Of a DNA stretch of 64,000 nucleotides, positions 55,959 to 64,000 are shown piece after piece (position 1 is the stretch's first letter; each line of letters begins with the position of its first letter). A model generated the notes under the pieces. That model had not been told where the DNA came from, did not search any database, and saw only the letters and a program-made list of their open reading frames with translations. This DNA comes from Burkholderiaceae bacterium. Its GTDB lineage: Bacteria; Pseudomonadota; Gammaproteobacteria; Burkholderiales; Burkholderiaceae_C. The stretch is from assembly GCA_041396485.1 (NCBI GenBank), contig JAWKYM010000011.1:10948-74947 (forward strand), given 5' to 3'. The position numbers and the translations under genes are program-made.

Positions 55959-57167
55959 ATGAACCAACGATCCGCTTCCTCCATTCCCGTCGCCGGGCCG
56001 GCGCCGGCTCCTGCCCTGCACGGCTGGCCGGTGTTCCGGCTGGGGTTTCGGCCGTTTTATCTCGGTGCGGCGCTGCTGGCCTGCGCGTCGGTGCCATTGT
56101 GGGTGGCCGTCTTCCTGGGTCACGTCAGCACCGCGTTCGCGCTGCCCGCCTTGTTGTGGCATGGCCACGAGATGGTGTTCGGCTTTGCGGCGGGCGTGGT
56201 CATCGGCTTTCTGCTGACCGGGGTGCGGGCCTGGACCGGCCTGGAAACCCCGCGGGGGCCTCTGCTGGCCGCGCTCACCGTCCTGTGGCTGGCGGCGCGG
56301 GTGGCGGCGGTGACCGGGCCCTACGCCTTGTTCGCAGTGCTGGATTTCGCCCTGTTGCCCGTGGTGGCGGTGCTGCTGCTGCGCATTCTGGTGAGGGCGG
56401 GCAACCGGCGCAACATCCCGCTCATTTCACTGTTGCTGCTGCTGGCGGTGGCCAATGCGGTGTTTCACCTGAGCGTGACGGGCGTGCTGGCGGTGCCGGC
56501 CGCGACGCCGCTGTACGCCGGGCTGGCGCTGATCCTGATGGTGGTGACCGTGATGGCAGGGCGCGTGGTGCCGGTGTTCACCCGCAACGTCACGCCGGGG
56601 CTCAAGAACAGCGTGCCCAAGCCCCTGGAGTGGGGCGTGCTGGCGGCCACGGGGCTGGCGCTGGCGTTGTGGGTGTTTGGCGCGCCCGCCGGCATCACCG
56701 GGGTGCTGTGCGCGCTGGCCGCCGTGCTGCATGCGGTGCGGCTGGCCCTGTGGAAGCCGCAGGTGACGCTGACGCGGCCCATCCTGTGGATCCTGCACCT
56801 GGCCTATGCCTGGCTGCCGATCGGTTTTGCCGTGCTGGCCGCGGCACAGGCCGGCTGGCTGGCGCCCTCGCTGGCGGTGCACGCGTTTGCCGTCGGCACG
56901 GTGGGTGGGCTGATCATCGGCATGATCACGCGCACGGCACGCGGTCACACCGGACGCCCGCTCAAGGCCTCATGGGGCGAGACCCTGGCCTACGCCCTGG
57001 TGCTGGCGGCGGCCGTGGTGCGGGTGGGGGTGCCGGCCGCCGTGCCGGCCGTCTACGCGCCGGCCCTTTTGCTGGCCGCTGGCCTGTGGGGGCTGGCCTT
57101 CCTGATCTACCTGCTGATCTACGCGCCCTGGCTCACCCAAACGCGGCTGGATGGCAAGGATGGTTAG
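55959..57167 (+). CDS. nnrS: NnrS-family haem-copper membrane protein (NO-stress associated)
   Basis: 402 aa, about 12 TM helices, FRLGFRPFYLGAALLA...LWHGHEMVFGF. Confidence 0.88.
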   Translation: MNQRSASSIPVAGPAPAPALHGWPVFRLGFRPFYLGAALLACASVPLWVAVFLGHVSTAFALPALLWHGHEMVFGFAAGVVIGFLLTGVRAWTGLETPRGPLLAALTVLWLAARVAAVTGPYALFAVLDFALLPVVAVLLLRILVRAGNRRNIPLISLLLLLAVANAVFHLSVTGVLAVPAATPLYAGLALILMVVTVMAGRVVPVFTRNVTPGLKNSVPKPLEWGVLAATGLALALWVFGAPAGITGVLCALAAVLHAVRLALWKPQVTLTRPILWILHLAYAWLPIGFAVLAAAQAGWLAPSLAVHAFAVGTVGGLIIGMITRTARGHTGRPLKASWGETLAYALVLAAAVVRVGVPAAVPAVYAPALLLAAGLWGLAFLIYLLIYAPWLTQTRLDGKDG

Positions 57168-57190
57168 CATTGTTCAGCCATTGAAAATGG

Positions 57191-57214
57191 AAATGGGGGC
57201 TGCGGCCCCCATTT
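57191..57214. terminator. bidirectional terminator between nnrS and sufT
   Basis: Perfect 10-bp stem AAATGGGGGC-tgcg-GCCCCCATTT. Confidence 0.8.
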
Positions 57215-57239
57215 GTTTGATGGTGCACCGGCTGGCGCT

Positions 57240-57791
57240 TCAAAGTCCCAGCGCCAGCTTGGCTTCCTCGGTCATCATCGAGCGGTCCCAGGGCGGGTCG
57301 AACACGATGTTGACGGTGCATTCCTCCACGCGCGGCAGGTTCAGCACCTTGTCGTTCACTTCGTTGGCGATCACCTCGCCCATGCCGCAGCCCGGCGCCG
57401 TCAGGGTCATGTCGATCACCACGTGCAGCTTGCCCTCTTCCTCGGCAAAGGGGCGCAGCTCGCAGCGGTAGACCAGGCCCAGATCGACGATGTTGATCGG
57501 GATCTCGGGATCGTAGCAGGTGCGCAGGGCGTCCCACACCAGGGGCTCGACGTCGGTGGCTTCCACGTCGCCGTGTTCGACGACCGGCGTGGGGTCCTTC
57601 TTGCCGATGGCGTCGGCGTCGCTGCCGCGCAGGCGCACCAGTTGCCCTTCCACCAGCAGGGTGAAGGACGAGCCGAGCGCCTGGGTGACTTCGCACCAGG
57701 TGCCTTCTTCCAGCTCGACCGGCGTGCCCGCGGGCACCAGCTCGACCTGCACCGTGCGGCGCACCAGCACGGTTTCTCGGTTGCGCCTCAT
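57240..57791 (-). CDS. sufT: Fe-S cluster assembly protein SufT (DUF59-containing)
   Basis: 183 aa from the ATG at 57789-57791. C-terminal DUF59 core YDPEIPINIVDLGLVY...TLTAPGCGMG. Last gene of the suf operon. Confidence 0.82.
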   Translation of the reverse strand: MRRNRETVLVRRTVQVELVPAGTPVELEEGTWCEVTQALGSSFTLLVEGQLVRLRGSDADAIGKKDPTPVVEHGDVEATDVEPLVWDALRTCYDPEIPINIVDLGLVYRCELRPFAEEEGKLHVVIDMTLTAPGCGMGEVIANEVNDKVLNLPRVEECTVNIVFDPPWDRSMMTEEAKLALGL

Positions 57792-58264
57792 TGCATGGGC
57801 TCCTGATCCGAGATGACGGTCTCGCTGGGGCCCGAGCCGTCTTGTGCAATGGCGTGCATCAGCGCATGCCAGCCCAGCAGCGCGCATTTGATGCGGCTGG
57901 GGTACTGGCGCACGCCCGCCAGGCTGATGAGTTTGCCCAGCGGCGCGCTTTCAGGCTCTTCCTCGCCCGTCAGCACGGCGCGAAAGTGCTGTTGCAAGGC
58001 CTTGGCGGTGGCGATGTCGCGGCCCTTGACGGCCTCGGTCATCATCGACGTGGAGGCCATGCAGATGGCGCAGGCATGGCCGGTGAAGCGGATGTCGGCC
58101 ACCCGCTCGCCCTGCAGATCCAGTTCGACGGCGATGCGGTCGCCACACGAGGGGTTGGTGCCCTGCGCCTGGTGCGTGGGGTGCGGCAGGTGGCCGAAGT
58201 TGCGCGGCGCGCGCTTGTGCTCCAGCACCACCTCCTGGTACAGCTCGTTCTCGGCGCTGCTCAT
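57788..58264 (-). CDS. sufU: SufU-type (zinc-dependent NifU/IscU-like) sulfur transfer protein
   Basis: 158 aa. LYQEVVLEHKRAPRNFG, NPSCGDRI, GHACAICMAS, PSRIKCALL align by eye with B. subtilis SufU. Overlaps sufS and sufT by 4 nt each. Confidence 0.88.
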   Translation of the reverse strand: MSSAENELYQEVVLEHKRAPRNFGHLPHPTHQAQGTNPSCGDRIAVELDLQGERVADIRFTGHACAICMASTSMMTEAVKGRDIATAKALQQHFRAVLTGEEEPESAPLGKLISLAGVRQYPSRIKCALLGWHALMHAIAQDGSGPSETVISDQEPMQ

Positions 58265-59526
58265 CGCAGGACCTCCAGCGCACGCGCCACGCCGGCAATC
58301 AGTCGCTCGACTTCCTCGGGCGTGTTGTAGACGGCAAACGAGGCCCGCGTGGTGGGTCCCAGGCCCAGGTGGTCGATCAGCGGCTGGGCGCAGTGGTGGC
58401 CGGTGCGCACGGCAATGCCGCGCTCGTCCAGCAGGGTGCCGATGTCGTGCGGGTGCACGTCCTGCGCGACGAAGGACACCAGGGCCGCGCCGGTGGCGTG
58501 CGGCGCCAGCACGGTGACGCCTTCGATGGCGGCCAGGCCCGCCACGGCCTGCGCGCGCAAGGCGTGCACGTGGGCATCGATGGCGACGCGGCCCACCTGG
58601 TCGATGAATTGCGCCGCGGCGGCCAGGCCGACGGCGCCGCCGACGTTGGGCGTACCGCCTTCCAGCCGCGCGGGCAAGGCAGTCCAGGCCGCGCTGTCGT
58701 ACTTGACCCATTCGACCATGTCGCCGCCCAGGCGCAGCGGGTGCAGGCGCTCCAGCGCCGTGCGTCGGCCGGCCAGCACGCCGGTGCCCATGGGCCCGTA
58801 CATCTTGTGGCCCGAGAAGGCCATGAGGTCGCAGTCCAGGCTGGCCAGCGCGGGCACCGCGTGGCTCACCGCCTGCGCGGCGTCCAGGACGGTGAGTGCA
58901 CCGGCCCGCGCGGCGAGTTGCAGCATTTCTTCATAGGGCGGGCGTTCGCCGGTGGCGTTGGCGCCCGCCGTCACGGCAAACACGCGGGTGCGCGGGCCGA
59001 GCAGGCGCTGCAGGTCGGCGGTGTGCAGGCGGCCGGCGGCATCGGGGCGCAGCACCAGCAGCCGGGCGCCGCTGGCCTGCGCGGCCTGCTGCCAGGGGAT
59101 CAGGTTGGCGTGGTGCTCCAGGCCGCTGACGATGATTTCGTCGCCGGCGCGCAGCCAGGCCTTGCCCGCACCGCCCAGCCACAGCCCCTGCGCGACCATG
59201 TTGAGCGACTCGGTGGTGCCCGAGGTGAACACCAGCTCGTGCTCCTTGCCCGCGCCGATAAAGCCTTTGAGCGTGGCGCGCGCGGCCTCGAAGTCGTCGG
59301 TGGCGCGCTGGCTCAGCGTGTGCACGCCGCGGTGGATGTTGGCGCGGTCGTGCTCCTCGAAGCGGCGCATGGCTTCCAGCACCGCCAGCGGCATGTGGGT
59401 GGTGGCGCCGTTGTCCAGGTAGGCCAGCGGCGCGCCATGCACGGTCTGCGCCAGCACCGGAAACTGCGCACGCAGGGCGGCCACGTTCAGGGCCCCGTTG
59501 TGCAGGAAGGCGTGGGCTTCACCCAT
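58261..59526 (-). CDS. sufS: cysteine desulfurase SufS
   Basis: 421 aa. PLP lysine context FSGHKMYGPMG, active-site loop RTGHHCAQP. Confidence 0.93.
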   Translation of the reverse strand: MGEAHAFLHNGALNVAALRAQFPVLAQTVHGAPLAYLDNGATTHMPLAVLEAMRRFEEHDRANIHRGVHTLSQRATDDFEAARATLKGFIGAGKEHELVFTSGTTESLNMVAQGLWLGGAGKAWLRAGDEIIVSGLEHHANLIPWQQAAQASGARLLVLRPDAAGRLHTADLQRLLGPRTRVFAVTAGANATGERPPYEEMLQLAARAGALTVLDAAQAVSHAVPALASLDCDLMAFSGHKMYGPMGTGVLAGRRTALERLHPLRLGGDMVEWVKYDSAAWTALPARLEGGTPNVGGAVGLAAAAQFIDQVGRVAIDAHVHALRAQAVAGLAAIEGVTVLAPHATGAALVSFVAQDVHPHDIGTLLDERGIAVRTGHHCAQPLIDHLGLGPTTRASFAVYNTPEEVERLIAGVARALEVLR

Positions 59527-60775
59527 GGACGGACTCCTCGGTGGCGGTCAGGTGGCGGGCGATGGCCTGGTGCAGCCAGCCGCCGTCCAGCCATTGGGCC
59601 AGCAGGCTGGCGCCGTCGGCATCGATCAGGCAGCGCTCCAGCACGGCGCGCGCCATGCCATCGATGATGAGGGCGCGTGCGCTGGCTTCGTCCAGGCCGC
59701 GCTGGCGGGCGTAGAACAGGGCGTCGGCCGGCAGCGCGCCCCAGGTGGCGCCGTGCACCGCCTGCACCTGGTCGTGCAGGATTTCGAGGTGCGGGCGCAG
59801 CACCATGCGCGGCTGGCCGTCCAGGGCGATGCCCGACAGGCGCTGGCGCACCGCGGCATCGTCGCTGCCGGCGGCGATGCGGGTGTAGGCATTGGCCACC
59901 GCGCGGGCACTGCCGCTGGCCAGGGCCAGGGCCTCGACCTGGCTGGTGGTGCGCGCGGCGTCCAGGCGGCTGACGATCTGATGGTCGATGGTTTGCGAGC
60001 CAGCCAGCAGCAGGCCGGCGTGGTGGGCCTCGGCGCCCGCACCCTGCAGCTGCACGACGCAGCGCTGCAGGTGATAGTTGCCGCCGGTGGCCACCAGCGC
60101 CTGGGCGTAGTGGGCGTCCGCCGCCAGCGTGGCGTGCACGAAGTGGGCGGTGCGGTCTTGCGGGCCCGGCGCGGCGATGCGCAGGTGCTGCAGGCGGGCA
60201 CCGCGCGCCAGGTGGATGTGGGCGTGCAGGTTTTGCGCCAGGCCCTGGCTGCACACGGCGGCATCGTGTTCGTGCGACTCGATCAGCATGCAGCGCACGC
60301 CTTCTCCCACCTCGAGCACCAGCAGCGGCGCCTCGGCCTGGGTGCGTGGTTGATGGCGCAGCTGCAGCCAGACGGTGTCCTGCTCGCCGGGTGCCTTGCC
60401 GGGCGTGCCGTTGATGCGCAGGCGCAGGCCCTGGCGGCACAGGGCGCGGTGGGCCCAGGCAAAGGGCGCGGCGTCGCCGCCTTCGCCGGGCGGGGGCAGG
60501 CCGGCAAACAGCTCGGCGCGCTGCGCGGGCTCAAGCGCGTCGAGCCAGCGCGCATCCACGCCGCTGGCCGGCGTCTGGCCTATGGGGTGCAAAGTCCAGC
60601 CGGTGCCGTCCAGGGGCGGCGCGCCGCAGGCCGCGTCGGGCGCGGCGGCGTCGCCCTGCCATTGCGGCAGATCCGGCGGTGGCAGGTGGCGAAACGATTC
60701 GTTGCGCCGGCCGATCCAGCCGTGCGCTTGCAGGTGGCTTTGAGCCGCCAGGATGTCGGCGCGGGCGCTGTCCAT
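59519..60775 (-). CDS. sufD: Fe-S cluster assembly protein SufD
   Basis: 418 aa. Position between sufC and sufS, and a C-terminal SufD-like motif (HGATWGALPADALFYARQRGL). Confidence 0.85.
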   Translation of the reverse strand: MDSARADILAAQSHLQAHGWIGRRNESFRHLPPPDLPQWQGDAAAPDAACGAPPLDGTGWTLHPIGQTPASGVDARWLDALEPAQRAELFAGLPPPGEGGDAAPFAWAHRALCRQGLRLRINGTPGKAPGEQDTVWLQLRHQPRTQAEAPLLVLEVGEGVRCMLIESHEHDAAVCSQGLAQNLHAHIHLARGARLQHLRIAAPGPQDRTAHFVHATLAADAHYAQALVATGGNYHLQRCVVQLQGAGAEAHHAGLLLAGSQTIDHQIVSRLDAARTTSQVEALALASGSARAVANAYTRIAAGSDDAAVRQRLSGIALDGQPRMVLRPHLEILHDQVQAVHGATWGALPADALFYARQRGLDEASARALIIDGMARAVLERCLIDADGASLLAQWLDGGWLHQAIARHLTATEESVHG

Positions 60776-60777
60776 GC

Positions 60778-61554
60778 TCAGGCCCCTGCGGTTTCCGTGA
60801 CCGCGGCGCGCGCAAAGCCGGTGCGCGCAATGCTGCGCGCCAGCTCGATGTCGCCGGTTTCGGCAATGCAGCCCTGGTCCAGCCGCAGCACGGCGTCGGG
60901 TTGCAGCTGCTCGATCATCTGCAGGTAGTGCGAGATGATGATGAAGGCCGTGCCCTGCGCGCGCAGGCGCGCCACCAGTTCGACCACCGCGCGCACGCCG
61001 TCCACGTCCATGCCCGAGTCGATCTCGTCGAGCATCGCCAGGCGCGGCTGCAGCAGCGACAGCTGCAGCAGCTCGTTGCGCTTGCGCTCGCCGCCCGAAA
61101 AGCCTTCGTTGACCGGGCGGCCCAGCATGGCCTCGGGCAGGCCCAGCTGCTTGGCGCCCTGCTTGGCGCTGGACAGGAAGTCGAACGCGTCCTGCGGCTC
61201 CTCGCCGCGCGCCTCGCGCACGGCGTTGAGCGCGGTGCGGATGAACAGGTTGTTCTTGACGCCCGGCACGTCGGGCGGCGACTGGAAGGACAGGAACAGG
61301 CCGGCGCGTGCGCGCTCGTGCGCGGGCAGGCCCAAGAGGTCCACGTCGCCCAGACGGGCGCTGCCGGCCACGACCTGGTAGTTGGGGTGGCCGGCCAGGG
61401 CCATGCCCAGCGTGCTCTTGCCGCTGCCGTTGGCGCCCATCAGCACCATCAGCGAACCGGCGGGCACGTCCAGCGAGACCGAGCGCAGCACGGTGCGCTC
61501 GCCCACGTCGACCCGCAGGTCACGCACTTGCAGCAGGGGAGAGGGAGAGATCAT
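60778..61554 (-). CDS. sufC: Fe-S cluster assembly ATPase SufC
   Basis: 258 aa from the ATG at 61552-61554. Walker A GANGSGKST, signature FSGGERKR, Walker B MLDEIDSG. Confidence 0.95.
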   Translation of the reverse strand: MISPSPLLQVRDLRVDVGERTVLRSVSLDVPAGSLMVLMGANGSGKSTLGMALAGHPNYQVVAGSARLGDVDLLGLPAHERARAGLFLSFQSPPDVPGVKNNLFIRTALNAVREARGEEPQDAFDFLSSAKQGAKQLGLPEAMLGRPVNEGFSGGERKRNELLQLSLLQPRLAMLDEIDSGMDVDGVRAVVELVARLRAQGTAFIIISHYLQMIEQLQPDAVLRLDQGCIAETGDIELARSIARTGFARAAVTETAGA

Positions 61555-61562
61555 GTGGGTTC

Positions 61563-61623
61563 CTATTGTTTTGATAGCTGCTTGCGCTTGATACACGGGC
61601 GCCAGAGCCATGTTTTGCTTGAA
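61563..61623 (-). repeat. REP-like element, copy 10 (fills the sufB-sufC spacer)
   Basis: CTATtgttttgATAGCTGCTTGCGCTTGatacacggGCGCCAGAGCCatgTTTTGCTTGAA. Lies 2 nt from the sufB stop and 8 nt from the sufC start. Its ATAGGA end overlaps the sufC Shine-Dalgarno. Confidence 0.85.
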
Positions 61624-61625
61624 TT

Positions 61626-63119
<1,494 letters not shown>

Positions 63120-63138
63120 GAACGTGGGATGAGTGGCG

Positions 63139-63170
63139 TTTTAAATATGCAGATTTTATGCAACTTTATC
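63139..63170 (-). promoter_or_regulatory. AT-rich operator-like tract upstream of sufB (phased direct repeat; weak Fur-box resemblance)
   Basis: TATGCA-N5-TATGCA at 11-bp phasing (63146-63151 and 63157-63162) in a 32-bp AT-rich island 20-50 bp upstream of the sufB ATG. The minus-strand GATAAAGTTGCATAAAATC matches the 19-bp Fur consensus at about 11/19 positions. Confidence 0.3.
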
Positions 63171-63317
63171 GGCTTTGCCCATGGCCGCGTGGTGCCAGCA
63201 CTGGCGCTGCGGGCTTTGCCGCACGGCGCGGCGCCGCGCGGCACTCCTTGGCGGGACTGGGCGAGCCGTAAAATGCGAAGCTTGACCCCCCGCTTTCACA
63301 GCCTCTGGACAGACACC

Positions 63318-63713
63318 ATGAACCGCTGCTCGAAATCCCCTGCCACGTGGCGCCGCCTCGCGCTGGGCGCCACGCTGGCGCTGGCCGGACTGCTGCCGCT
63401 GGCCGCCCAGGCGCAGATGCAACGCCTGTTTCCGGCCAAGGTGCAGCGCGGCGCCATCACCTTCACGGCGCCGCCCGTGGTGCAGCTCGACGGCAAGACC
63501 GAGCGCCTGGGCCCCGGCGTGCGCGTGCGCGACGCCCACAACCGCGTGGCCCTCACCGGCACGCTCCGCGGCAAGAGCTTTGTCGTCAACTACCAGCGCG
63601 ATGCCGCCGGCATGGTGCGCGAGATCTGGATCCTGACGCCGGCCGAGATCGCGCGCTCGGTTCGTGGCGCGGCCGCCGACACGGCGCGGCCGGAGCCCGA
63701 ATATCTGAACTGA
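63318..63713 (+). CDS. secreted hypothetical protein
   Basis: 131 aa from the ATG at 63318 (in the frame of track ORF 61746..63713). Signal peptide [22 protein letters not shown]3-rich codons. I recognise no family. Confidence 0.6.
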   Translation: MNRCSKSPATWRRLALGATLALAGLLPLAAQAQMQRLFPAKVQRGAITFTAPPVVQLDGKTERLGPGVRVRDAHNRVALTGTLRGKSFVVNYQRDAAGMVREIWILTPAEIARSVRGAAADTARPEPEYLN

Positions 63714-63784
63714 CGGCCTGTACGGCCCTCGGCTCGCCCGGCCGGCGCCATGCCGGCCGATTGCATTGCTTCCTGCCACCTGCC

Positions 63785-64000
63785 ATGACCCGCAAACTTT
63801 TCATCAAGACCTTCGGCTGCCAGATGAACGACTACGACTCGGCCAAGATGGCCGACGTGATGGCCGCCGCCGAGGGTTACGAGGCCACCAACGACCCGGA
63901 AGCGGCCGACCTGATCCTGTTCAACACCTGCTCGGTGCGCGAGAAGGCGCAGGAGAAGGTGTTTTCCGACCTGGGCCGCGTCAAGCACCTCAAGGACAAG
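63785..64000 (+). CDS. miaB: tRNA-i6A37 methylthiotransferase MiaB, N-terminal part (runs off the window)
   Basis: Hand translation from the ATG at 63785: [26 protein letters not shown]...[21 protein letters not shown] (UPF0004 domain with conserved Cys residues). Confidence 0.9.
   Translation, partial: MTRKLFIKTFGCQMNDYDSAKMADVMAAAEGYEATNDPEAADLILFNTCSVREKAQEKVFSDLGRVKHLKDK

Overview
This is a 64-kb, very GC-rich (roughly 68-70% by eye) piece of core chromosome from a betaproteobacterium. Gene content and order look Burkholderiales/Comamonadaceae-like, but that is inference only; no database search was possible.

The window is almost fully coding: about 61 protein genes and 7 tRNAs. I found no rRNA, CRISPR, transposase, integrase or phage genes.

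Gene blocks in order:
- DASS permease fragment, DUF192, an Asr-like small protein, icd
- ppiD, tRNA-Val, hupB (minus strand)
- DMT permease, pgsA, uvrC (minus strand)
- earP-efp (arginine-rhamnosylation type EF-P), LOG-family gene
- a large Pho/polyphosphate cluster: ppk-sixA, ppx, an orphan binding protein, pstSCAB-phoU-phoB-phoR
- tRNA-Ser, rpmG-rpmB
- tRNA-Leu, tig-clpP-clpX-lon, tRNA Gly-Cys-Leu
- an acidic hypothetical protein, class I and class II fumarases, acs, cytochrome c, pdxH, marR, chaC, an OmpA-like protein, gloA
- acyl-CoA synthetase, a phosphoesterase, SDR
- an ECF sigma / ankyrin anti-sigma / secreted-protein module
- rhlE, ettA, a peroxiredoxin, nrdJ, nnrS
- sufBCDSUT, miaB (start only)

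I see no obvious self-contained novel multi-gene system. What stands out:
1. A dispersed ~60-bp REP-like repeat family with 10 copies, one embedded in-frame inside earP and several filling operon-internal spacers.
2. Single-base frame disruptions in phoR and fumC.
3. One ~26-kb inversion would restore two E. coli-like synteny blocks at once.
4. Three Pho-box arrays tie ppk, pstS and an orphan binding-protein/ppx unit together.
5. A SufU-type SUF operon.
6. An uncharacterised ECF signalling triad.
7. Protein genes sit directly behind tRNA genes.

All product names come from recognising motifs in the translations.
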